A DNA stretch of 64,000 nt from an uncultured bacterium. GTDB taxonomy: Bacteria > Krumholzibacteriota > Krumholzibacteriia > Krumholzibacteriales > Krumholzibacteriaceae. Positions 1 to 8,219 of the stretch are shown here, piece after piece. Where the stretch lies: the NCBI GenBank assembly GCA_963813815.1, contig CAWFAD010000016.1:608632-672631 (forward strand), written 5' to 3'. The position numbers and the translations under genes were made by a program. The number at the start of each line of letters is the position of its first letter. Positions within the stretch are counted from its first letter, which is position 1. Under the pieces are notes generated by a model. It made no database searches and was not told the origin of the DNA. It worked only from the letters and a program-made list of their open reading frames with translations.

Positions 1-2
1 AC

Positions 3-497
3 GTGACGAACGTCGACCTCATTCCCGTGAAGATCATCTACAACTTCTTCAACGGGCCCGAATCGATGGTTTCCGTCATCTACATCGAGAGCTACAGCGA
101 GGGATTTCGCGGGATGATGTTTCTCATCTTCCCCCATCCCGAGGCGTCGAAGCTCATCGAGCTGACGACGGGAAAAAAGCTGCCGCCCGACGCGATGCGC
201 GACGAATACTCGATCTCGGTGCTCAAGGAGATCGGCAACATCATGTGCGGATGCTATCTGAACGCGCTCGCCACGTTCGTCAACCGGAAGCTGCTCCACT
301 CGGTGCCCCAGGTGTCGAACGACATGCTCGGGGCGGTCATGGATTCGGTTCTCGTGGACCTCAGCATGGAGTCGGACTATGCGCTCGTTCTCGAGACCGC
401 CTTCTCCATGGGGACGAACGAGTGCAAGGGCTTCCTCTTCTTCGTTCCGACGGCTGAATCCCTGGACACCATTTTCGAGGCTATCAAGGTCGACTGA
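3..497 (+). CDS. cheC: CheC-family chemotaxis phosphatase (5' partial)
   Basis: S-x3-E-x2-N motif (SVLKEIGNIM), 'YLNAL', 'SVPQV', C-terminal FLFFVP; directly upstream of cheY; probably begins before the window. Confidence 0.85.
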   Translation: MTNVDLIPVKIIYNFFNGPESMVSVIYIESYSEGFRGMMFLIFPHPEASKLIELTTGKKLPPDAMRDEYSISVLKEIGNIMCGCYLNALATFVNRKLLHSVPQVSNDMLGAVMDSVLVDLSMESDYALVLETAFSMGTNECKGFLFFVPTAESLDTIFEAIKVD

Positions 498-514
498 CGC
501 GAAAGGAGACACCA

Positions 515-892
515 GTGAAACTGAGGGTACTCATCGTTGACGACGCGATCTTCATGCGAAAGATGATTTCCGAGATCATCGTCGAGAACGGGATGGAGGT
601 CGCAGGGGAAGCGGATACGGGCGCCAAGGCCATCGAACGGTACAAGGAGCTCCGTCCGGATCTCGTGACCATGGACATCATCATGCCCGAGATGAACGGC
701 ATCGACGCCGTCCGCAAGATTCTCGAGTGCGATTCGCAGGCCCGGATCATCATGTGCAGCGCTCTCGGCCAGCAGGCCCTCGTGCAGGAGGCGATCGGCG
801 CGGGCGCCAAGGATTTTCTCATAAAACCGTTCAACGCGGCGCGCGTGGTCGAGGTGATCGCGAAGGTCACGAGTCAGGTGCCGACGGCATAG
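515..892 (+). CDS. cheY: Single-domain response regulator CheY (B. subtilis CheY / Myxococcus DifD-like)
   Basis: VLIVDDAIFMR, TMDIIMP (phospho-Asp), MCSALGQ, IKPF; AAGGAG RBS before GTG start. Confidence 0.92.
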   Translation: MKLRVLIVDDAIFMRKMISEIIVENGMEVAGEADTGAKAIERYKELRPDLVTMDIIMPEMNGIDAVRKILECDSQARIIMCSALGQQALVQEAIGAGAKDFLIKPFNAARVVEVIAKVTSQVPTA

Positions 893-915
893 CGACTCGC
901 TGAAAGGACGGGTGT

Positions 916-2718
916 ATGCCGGAGCTGACCGAACAGGAACGCAGCGTTCTCCTGAGCTTCGCTTCGCGCGTGGAGCGCAGCGACCCCGGGGCGCTCAACA
1001 ATCTCGGGGTGCTCTATTTCCGCAAGGGAATGTTCGCGGAGGCGATGGAGCAGTTCAAGGAAGCGCTCAAGGTCGATCCGAAATTCGACCTCGCGCGCGA
1101 GAACATCCGGTATCTCTTCGGAGAGACGGGGCTCGAGGACCCGGACGTGAAACGGTGGCGCGACGAGGTGCGGCGCGATCCGGGCAACTTCGAGGCGCTG
1201 CTGCAGTTCGGCGTGAGCACCATGAACATGGGGCGCTGCCGCGAGGCGACCGAGATATTCGCCGCCGCGGTGGAGCGCGATCCCGGCCACGCTGAGGCGC
1301 GCCTGCACCTGGCGACGGCCTACAAGGCGCAGGGGCTCTTCCAGCAGTCCCTCGAGCACTACCTGATTATGTACGAGGGTTTCTCGAAATCGGCGTCCTT
1401 TCACACCGATCTCGGCGAGGTGTACTACAACCTCGGCCGGACCGACGAAGCGATCGCCGAGCTCAACGCGGCGATCAAGCTCGACACCGATTACTGGCGA
1501 CCGCACTTTCTTCTGTCGTTCGCGTACGGAGACAGCGGCCAGCTCCAGGAGGCGCTCGAGGAGAGCCGCGTGGCGTCCCGCCTCAATCCGTCGTTTCAGA
1601 ACACGGAGGCCAACCTCACGCTTTCGATATACGGAAAGGGAGGAGCGGCCGAGAACATCGTCGCCGGCGGAAAGGACGTCGCGAGCGTCGAGAGCACGAG
1701 CTTTACGCTCGGGATGGCGTACCGCGAGCGCGGCTTCCTCAAGGAAGCCCTCAAGGAGTTCCAGAAGGCGCTCGGCGACATGCCCGACGCGGATCGCGTT
1801 TACATGGAGATCGGCAAGATTCACGCGGTTGAAGGGAGCTTCGAAGCGGCCGCGGAGGCCTGCCTCAAGACGCTCGAGGCCAATCCCGAAAGCGCCGAGG
1901 CGTATCGCCTCCTCGGAACCGTGTACCACCTGCAGGGCGATTACAACGGCGCGGCGCTCTGTTACCTCCAGTCGTTCCGCCTCAGCTCCGCCGACGCCGA
2001 CACCATGAACAACCTCGGCGTGCTGCTGTTTCAGGTCGGCCTCAAGGAAGAGGCGGAGCGCATGTTCAAGAAGGGGCTCAACCTGAAGCTGTACCACCTC
2101 GAGCTCAATTACAATTTCCTCAACTGCCATTTTCTCAAGGAGGAGTTCCCGATGGCGGAGAACCTCATCCAGCGGTTCGAAGCCTTCATGGGAAAGAGCC
2201 CGCTCCTCTACGAAAAACACGCGATTCTGAATTACAAGATGAACCGCCTGACGCTCGCTCTCTTCGATATCGAGAGCGCGCTCGCCCTCGACAAGAATCA
2301 CAGCGACGCTATATATCTCAAAGCGATCTGCTTCCTCCGCGAGGAGGATTTTCAGGCCGCGATCAACGCCGTGATCGAGGCCGTGAAAATCAATCCGCGA
2401 TACACGGGGTTGGCGTTCTTTCTCACGCTCGACCCGATGCGGCGGTCGAAGTCCCCCGCGATCGACGCGCGCGCGGCGGCCGAGCCCGAGGACGAGCTCA
2501 TCGAGCTCCTGCAGTGCGGCATCGAACGGCGATTCGACAAGATCAACGATTATCTCGCGTCCATCGTCGAGAAGGGCGTGCGCCGGCCGCGGGAGGGCGA
2601 TTCCCCGAAGAACGCCGCCGAGTCGCCGAAAACCCCGCCGGCGGACGATTCGAGCGAAACGAACGCCCTGCTCGAGGCCCTGACCGAGTTTCCCAACGCG
2701 AAGGGTGACGCGCTATGA
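916..2718 (+). CDS. Multi-TPR protein
   Basis: Repeated TPR motifs (ALNNLGVLY, DLGEVYYNLG, TLGMAY, MNNLGVLL); GAAAGGA RBS. Confidence 0.85.
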   Translation: MPELTEQERSVLLSFASRVERSDPGALNNLGVLYFRKGMFAEAMEQFKEALKVDPKFDLARENIRYLFGETGLEDPDVKRWRDEVRRDPGNFEALLQFGVSTMNMGRCREATEIFAAAVERDPGHAEARLHLATAYKAQGLFQQSLEHYLIMYEGFSKSASFHTDLGEVYYNLGRTDEAIAELNAAIKLDTDYWRPHFLLSFAYGDSGQLQEALEESRVASRLNPSFQNTEANLTLSIYGKGGAAENIVAGGKDVASVESTSFTLGMAYRERGFLKEALKEFQKALGDMPDADRVYMEIGKIHAVEGSFEAAAEACLKTLEANPESAEAYRLLGTVYHLQGDYNGAALCYLQSFRLSSADADTMNNLGVLLFQVGLKEEAERMFKKGLNLKLYHLELNYNFLNCHFLKEEFPMAENLIQRFEAFMGKSPLLYEKHAILNYKMNRLTLALFDIESALALDKNHSDAIYLKAICFLREEDFQAAINAVIEAVKINPRYTGLAFFLTLDPMRRSKSPAIDARAAAEPEDELIELLQCGIERRFDKINDYLASIVEKGVRRPREGDSPKNAAESPKTPPADDSSETNALLEALTEFPNAKGDAL

Positions 2719-3845
2719 CCATACAATCGTCCATACGGGAACTCGGGCTCTTCGACCTGTTTCAGCTGCTGCACATCAACAAGAAAACCGGCCGTCTCAT
2801 GGTCCATGACGGACCCGACGGAAAGCAGGCGGAGATCGTGTTCAAGGGGGGCGACGTGAGCTTCGCCGCCATGCACGACCGCGCGCCGAAGGCGATCGAG
2901 ACGCTGCTCGTCGAGTGGGGCGTCGTCGACGACGCCTCTCTCGGACGCATCGAGAAGAGCCGGAGCAAATATCGCACGCTCGTCGATTGCCTCGAGGGCG
3001 AAGGCATCGCCTCCCGCGGACACATCGAGACGTTCATCGCGAACTGCATCCGGGAAAACGTATACGAGATATTCAAGTGGGATCGCGGAGAGTGCCGCTT
3101 CATAGAGGAGGAGGTCGACGCGTGGCGCGACGTCCTCGTGCAGCTCAACACCGAGAATCTCATTCTCGAAGGCGCCCGCCGGATCGACGAGTGGTCGAAT
3201 ATCAGCAACAAGGTCCCCTCGCGCCACAGCATATTCAACCTGAGCGCCGACGCGCAGCAGGGCAGGCAGCTCAACCTGAAGCCGCGCGAGTGGGAAATTC
3301 TCGCCCTCATCGACGGCAAGCGCTGCGTCAAGGAAGTGAACGACGCCGTCGGCGGCGATCTTTTCACGACGAGCAAGCTCATCTACGGTCTCGTCGTCAT
3401 GGGCGTCATCGAGCTCGCGGGAGGCGGTGGAGCGGCGGGCGCCCCGAGCCCGCAGAAGGAAGCCCGCCTCGACGATCTCCTCAAGGCCGGGAGGGAGTAC
3501 TACGACCGGCTCAATCTCGACGACGCCGCGGCGCAATTCGAAAAGGCCGTCGCGATCGATCCCGAGTGTTTCGAGGCGCTCCGCATGCTCGGGGAGATCT
3601 ACTACAAGTCCGACCGCCTGAGCGAGGCGCTCGTGCATATCGCCAAGGCGCGGGCCCTCAATCCCGACAACCAGAAGGCGATGTTCATCAAGGGATACCT
3701 CCACGCCCGGATGGGAGAGGTAACGAAGGCCATCGCCGAATGGGAAGAGCTCATGGAAAAGGCGAAGAGCCAGAAGATCGTCGAGCTCGTCGCCCAGAAG
3801 ATCTCGCTCGCGCGCGAGTGGGAGAAAGTGCTTCAGGAGTACTGA
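2715..3845 (+). CDS. DUF4388 (PATAN-like) domain protein with C-terminal TPRs
   Basis: N-terminal IQSSIRELGLFDLFQLLHINKKTGRL, 'FKWDRGECRF', 'LILEGARRIDEW'; ATGA overlap with upstream gene. Confidence 0.85.
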   Translation: MTIQSSIRELGLFDLFQLLHINKKTGRLMVHDGPDGKQAEIVFKGGDVSFAAMHDRAPKAIETLLVEWGVVDDASLGRIEKSRSKYRTLVDCLEGEGIASRGHIETFIANCIRENVYEIFKWDRGECRFIEEEVDAWRDVLVQLNTENLILEGARRIDEWSNISNKVPSRHSIFNLSADAQQGRQLNLKPREWEILALIDGKRCVKEVNDAVGGDLFTTSKLIYGLVVMGVIELAGGGGAAGAPSPQKEARLDDLLKAGREYYDRLNLDDAAAQFEKAVAIDPECFEALRMLGEIYYKSDRLSEALVHIAKARALNPDNQKAMFIKGYLHARMGEVTKAIAEWEELMEKAKSQKIVELVAQKISLAREWEKVLQEY

Positions 3846-3871
3846 GCGCCCCCGCCGTCCTCAAAACCGCG

Positions 3872-3901
3872 TTGCCCCGCCGCCCGGCTCCATGCTACCA
3901 T
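3872..3901 (+). promoter_or_regulatory. Putative sigma70 promoter with extended -10
   Basis: TTGCCC-N18-TACCAT with TG at 3893-3894, upstream of GGAGG RBS and the S46 peptidase. Confidence 0.5.
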
Positions 3902-3949
3902 GCCACTTCCCGATGACCCCGTTCGGGCGAACTTCAGAGGAGGTAGCTC

Positions 3950-6127
3950 ATGCGTTCCCGCGTGCTCGTGATGGTGTCCGTGCTCGGCGGCGTGCTGCTC
4001 GCGGCCTCGTCCGCGCTTCTCGCCGACGAGGGAATGTGGCCGATCGACATGCTCGACAAGCTCCCGTGGGCGGAGCTCAAAGCGATGGGGCTCGCGCTCG
4101 AGCCGGATCAGATTTACGACGGGAAGGGGCACGGTCTCGCTCTCGCCGTCGTCGGTCTCGGGGGCGGCACCGGATCGTTCGTGTCGCCGAACGGGCTCAT
4201 TCTCACGAATCACCACGTCGCGTTCAGGGCGATCCAGCGCGCGAGCACGCCGGAGCACGACTACATCGCCGACGGCTTCTCCTCGGCGCTCGCCGAGGAC
4301 GAGATTCAGGCCCCCGGCTACACCGCGTCGATCCTCGCCGGCATCGAAGACGTCACGAAGAAGGTGCTCTCCGCCCTGACCGACGGGATGAGCGATCGCG
4401 AGCGGTACGATGCGATAGAGCGGCGCGTCAAGGAGCTCGTCGCCGAGGCGGAGAAAGGGCGCGACGTCGAGTGCCGCATCGTTTCCTTCTACGAGGGGCT
4501 GCAGTACAAGCTCTTCACCAGCTTCGTCTGCAAGGACGTCCGCATCGTCTACGCTCCGCCGGAGGCGGTCGGCAACTACGGCGGAGACGTCGACAACTGG
4601 ATGTGGCCGCGCCACACCGGCGATTTCGCGTTTCTGCGCGCGTATGTCGCCCCGAACGGCGCCTCGGCCGAATACGCCAAGGAGAACGTGCCGTACCGTT
4701 CGAACGTTTTTCTGCCGATGTCGACGCGGGGGGTCAAGGAAAACGATTTCACGATGATCATCGGATTCCCCGGCAAGACGGGGCGCCACGCGACCTCCCA
4801 CGACGTGGCGAATCTTCAGAACTACCATTACCCGAAGCGGATCGCGATCTACCGGGATTGGCTCGCCATCCTGCAGGACGAGGCCGGGCGCGGAAAGGAC
4901 GTCGCGATCAAGGCGGCCTCGTTCGACCAAATGCTCAACAACTCGATGAAGAACAACGAGGGGATGCTCGAGGGGTTCAAAAAGGGCAATCTGCTCGAGA
5001 AGAAGATCGATACGGAGAAATCGTTCGCGACGTGGCTCGCCATGAATCCCGACATGCAGTCGAGGTACGGCGACGTCCTGCCCGGCATCGCCGCCCTCTA
5101 CGAGGAGAAGAAGGCCTACCGGGAGAAGAGCATGCTCCTCGGTTTCATGAACATGGGCTGCCAGATGCTGAGCGCGGGCGGCACGCTCGATCGCTGGAGC
5201 GAGGAAAAGGCCAAGCCGGATCTCGATCGCGATCCCGGATTTCAGGAGCGCGACGTCCCTCGCATGAAGCAGCGTCTCCGGATACTCCAGATGAGCTACG
5301 ATCCGGGGATCGATCGGCGCGTGCTGAAGTATTTTCTCACGCTCGCCGCGTCTCTTCCCGCGGACCAGCGGATCGCCGCGGTCGACGCCGTTCTCGGGGG
5401 AGCGACGGGGGCCGAGGCCTCGGCGAGGATCGACTCCTGGCTCGACCGGCTCTACGCGGGCACGAAACTCGGCTCGCCCGAGGAGAGGGCGCGTCTCTTT
5501 GAGCTCTCGCGCGAGGAACTTCTCGCGCAGGGAGACGCCTTCGTCGAATTCGCCGTGGCTCTCGGCGCCGAGAAACGCGCTCTCGAGGAGCGGGAGCACG
5601 GCGCCGCGGGTGCCTTGCAGCGCCTCGGCTCGCGCTATCTCGAAGCGGTCATGGCGTGGAAGGGCGGGGCGATCTGTCCCGACGCGAACGCCACGATGCG
5701 TCTCACCTACGGCCGGGTCAAGGGTTACCGGCCGCGCGACGCCGTGCAGTACCGCTACATCACTTCCCTCTCCGGCGTCGTCGAAAAGCACACCGGCGAG
5801 GATCCGTTCAATTGCCCCGCGCGGCTCCTCGAGCTCGCCGAGGCGATGGACTACGGCCAGTACGAGGACGACGTCATCAAGGACGTGCCGGTCGCATACC
5901 TCAGCACCTGCGACATCACGGGGGGCAACTCGGGGAGCCCGGTCGTGAACGGGCGCGGCGAGTGCGTCGGCGCGGCCTTCGACGGCAATTACGAGAGCAT
6001 TTCCTCCGATTATCTGTTCCTCAAGGAGACGACACGCTCGATCAACGTCGATGCGCGCTACATCCTGTTCATCCTCGATCGGATGAGTGGGGCCAAGAGG
6101 CTGCTCGGCGAGATGAAGATCCGCTGA
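3950..6127 (+). CDS. S46 family dipeptidyl peptidase (DPP7-like)
   Basis: Signal peptide then ADEGMW; TNHH, DNWMWPRHTGDF, DITGGNSGSPV; FDGN (Gly, DPP7-like rather than the Arg of DPP11). Confidence 0.93.
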   Translation: MRSRVLVMVSVLGGVLLAASSALLADEGMWPIDMLDKLPWAELKAMGLALEPDQIYDGKGHGLALAVVGLGGGTGSFVSPNGLILTNHHVAFRAIQRASTPEHDYIADGFSSALAEDEIQAPGYTASILAGIEDVTKKVLSALTDGMSDRERYDAIERRVKELVAEAEKGRDVECRIVSFYEGLQYKLFTSFVCKDVRIVYAPPEAVGNYGGDVDNWMWPRHTGDFAFLRAYVAPNGASAEYAKENVPYRSNVFLPMSTRGVKENDFTMIIGFPGKTGRHATSHDVANLQNYHYPKRIAIYRDWLAILQDEAGRGKDVAIKAASFDQMLNNSMKNNEGMLEGFKKGNLLEKKIDTEKSFATWLAMNPDMQSRYGDVLPGIAALYEEKKAYREKSMLLGFMNMGCQMLSAGGTLDRWSEEKAKPDLDRDPGFQERDVPRMKQRLRILQMSYDPGIDRRVLKYFLTLAASLPADQRIAAVDAVLGGATGAEASARIDSWLDRLYAGTKLGSPEERARLFELSREELLAQGDAFVEFAVALGAEKRALEEREHGAAGALQRLGSRYLEAVMAWKGGAICPDANATMRLTYGRVKGYRPRDAVQYRYITSLSGVVEKHTGEDPFNCPARLLELAEAMDYGQYEDDVIKDVPVAYLSTCDITGGNSGSPVVNGRGECVGAAFDGNYESISSDYLFLKETTRSINVDARYILFILDRMSGAKRLLGEMKIR

Positions 6128-6157
6128 TCGCGCGGCGGAAACCGCGGGCGATGAACG

Positions 6158-7033
6158 ATGGGTGAACTCTACGCGCTGCTCACGGCGGTCATGTGGGCCG
6201 CCGCAGTCATATTTTTGAAGCGTTCGGGCGAAACGATGCCGCCCTTCGCTCTCAATCTGTTCCGCATCGGCCTGTCGAGCGTCGCGCTCGTGATCACCGT
6301 CGTCGCGGCGGGGCAGGATCTGCTGTACCCGGCGCCGCTCGCCGATTATCTCACGCTCTTCGCGAGCGGCGTCATCGCCATCGCCGTCTCGGACACCTTT
6401 TTCCTCATGGCCCTCAACCGCATCGGCGCGGGCATCATGGCGATCGTCGACTGTCTCTACGCGCCGAGCGTCGTGTTCTTCGCCTTCTTCATGCTCGGGG
6501 AGCGTCTCGGTCCCTGGCAATACGCCGGCATGGGGCTCGTGATCCTCGGCGTCGTCATCGCCTCGAGACACGAGCCGCCGTCGGGCGCGACGGCCAAGCA
6601 GATCCTCGCCGGCGTGTTCTGGGGGATCTGCTCGATGGCGACGGTTGCGTTCGGCATCGTGCTCGCGAAGCCGGTGCTCGCCCGTTCCCCGATACTCTGG
6701 GCGACGACGATGCGCCAGATCGGAGCGCTCATCGTGATGCTGCCGACGGCGCTCGCGATGCGCAATCGGCGCGAGGTGTTCTCGCTCTTCGTGCCGCGGC
6801 GCGGATGGCGGTATTCGATACCCGGCACGCTGCTCGGCTCCTATCTCGCGCTCATTTTCTGGATCGGGGGAATGAAGTACTCCCTCGCGGGGATCGCGGC
6901 CATTCTCAACCAGACGAGCTCCGTCTACATCCTCATCTTCGCGTCGATCTTTCTCAAAGAGCCCTTTACGGCGCGCAAGGTTGCCGCCTCCGTGCTCGCG
7001 ATAGCCGGCATCGTCATGGTGACGCTCGGGTAG
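6158..7033 (+). CDS. DMT/EamA family transporter
   Basis: About 10 hydrophobic helices in two EamA-like halves (LGERLG, FLKEPF). Confidence 0.85.
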   Translation: MGELYALLTAVMWAAAVIFLKRSGETMPPFALNLFRIGLSSVALVITVVAAGQDLLYPAPLADYLTLFASGVIAIAVSDTFFLMALNRIGAGIMAIVDCLYAPSVVFFAFFMLGERLGPWQYAGMGLVILGVVIASRHEPPSGATAKQILAGVFWGICSMATVAFGIVLAKPVLARSPILWATTMRQIGALIVMLPTALAMRNRREVFSLFVPRRGWRYSIPGTLLGSYLALIFWIGGMKYSLAGIAAILNQTSSVYILIFASIFLKEPFTARKVAASVLAIAGIVMVTLG

Positions 7034-7065
7034 GGGGAACGCCCGCGCGGGCGGAGGAGGAGGGG

Positions 7066-8184
7066 TTACCGCGGTTTCGGCTCGAGGGCGCCGCCGGAGT
7101 CGACGCCGAGCTCGTCGAACACGACCCGGCATTCCTCCGTCGCGTCGCGCGAGAGGATCTCCTCGCGCCGGATCGCCTCGTCGCGCGAGAGAAGACCGTT
7201 GCGGACGAGGTGCGCCATCGTGAATCCGTCGCGCGTGACGCCCGTGTCGCGCAGGTGCTGCAGGTTGCCGAAGCAGTGAATCCGGCAGTCCATGCGCGAT
7301 TCCTTGTCCGCGGGCGATTGCCACCCCACTTCCCGCTTGAGCGTTTCGATCATGGGGTACGGATCGTACTCGATGTAATCGAAGAGACTGAGCGAGGCGA
7401 CGCCCTTCCCCCCGTACGAGACCTCGAGGAAGGGGTTGAGAGCCCGCACTCCCTCCGGCGCCCCGGAGGCGAGATTGTCCCTCACGCCGTAGTAGAGGCA
7501 GCGCGCTCCGTGTCCGGCGCCGGCGATCGTGGCGCCGAAGCCTCGACGTCCCCGGGAGAGCGTCCGCATGGCCTTTCCCGCCCGCCGGAACACGTTGCCG
7601 AACCGCCCGAAGGCCTGCCGGTGCGTCATGGCCCGCGCGCTCATGAGGTACGCGGCGCTGTCCTCGAAGTCCGTCGAGCCCCAGATGACGAACGGTATCC
7701 CGTGCCGCCGGCATTCGTTGATGACGAACGAGCGGATGTTGTTTTCGCAGTTGCCGCACAGGCGCACGAACCGGCCGAGGCGTTTCGACGTCTCGAGGGC
7801 TTCCCGCACGAGGAGGCGGCGGAACGGGGTCGGAACGCCGATGACGAGCTCGACGCCGAGCGCCGCGCATTCGCGCTCGACGTTCCATCGGGCGAAATCG
7901 TTGGTGAATCCGCTGTCCATGAAGAGCGCGAGCGGCCGGAGCCCGAGCTTCCGGACGGCGTAGTAGAGAACGTAGCTCGAATCCTTGCCGCCGCTGATGG
8001 GAACGGCGCAGTCGTAGGAACCCGTCCGGGACGGCGGGAACAGGCGGCGGAGCGCTTCCTCGCCGAGGACGTCGCGCGGCGCGCGCCCCGGCGAGCCCGC
8101 CGAACGGCAGAAGCCGCAGACGCCGTTCTCGAAGCCCGCGCCGGGAAAGGTGTCGGGAATGATGCATCGTGAGCACCGCTGCAT
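7066..8184 (-). CDS. PP-loop N-acetyl-sugar amidotransferase-like protein (WbpG-like; adenine nucleotide alpha hydrolase superfamily)
   Basis: CxxC...CxxC N-terminus, YDCAVPISGGKDSSY, LGLRPLA, CGNC, DCRIHC; alternative in-frame ATG at 8223 overlaps the GH97 stop. Confidence 0.75.
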   Translation of the reverse strand: MQRCSRCIIPDTFPGAGFENGVCGFCRSAGSPGRAPRDVLGEEALRRLFPPSRTGSYDCAVPISGGKDSSYVLYYAVRKLGLRPLALFMDSGFTNDFARWNVERECAALGVELVIGVPTPFRRLLVREALETSKRLGRFVRLCGNCENNIRSFVINECRRHGIPFVIWGSTDFEDSAAYLMSARAMTHRQAFGRFGNVFRRAGKAMRTLSRGRRGFGATIAGAGHGARCLYYGVRDNLASGAPEGVRALNPFLEVSYGGKGVASLSLFDYIEYDPYPMIETLKREVGWQSPADKESRMDCRIHCFGNLQHLRDTGVTRDGFTMAHLVRNGLLSRDEAIRREEILSRDATEECRVVFDELGVDSGGALEPKPR

Positions 8185-8219
8185 GGCCGCCCCGTCCTTT
8201 CGAGGAAGAAGATCCTTCG

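Noticed and set aside
3833..8176. 1447-aa minus-strand ORF and other very long antisense or alternate-frame ORFs (e.g. 20836-24930 +, 12255-14873 -, 8169-10433 +)
   Set aside because: Shadow ORFs of real genes in high-GC DNA: Arg/Ala/Pro-rich, no motifs, fully overlapping well-supported CDSs
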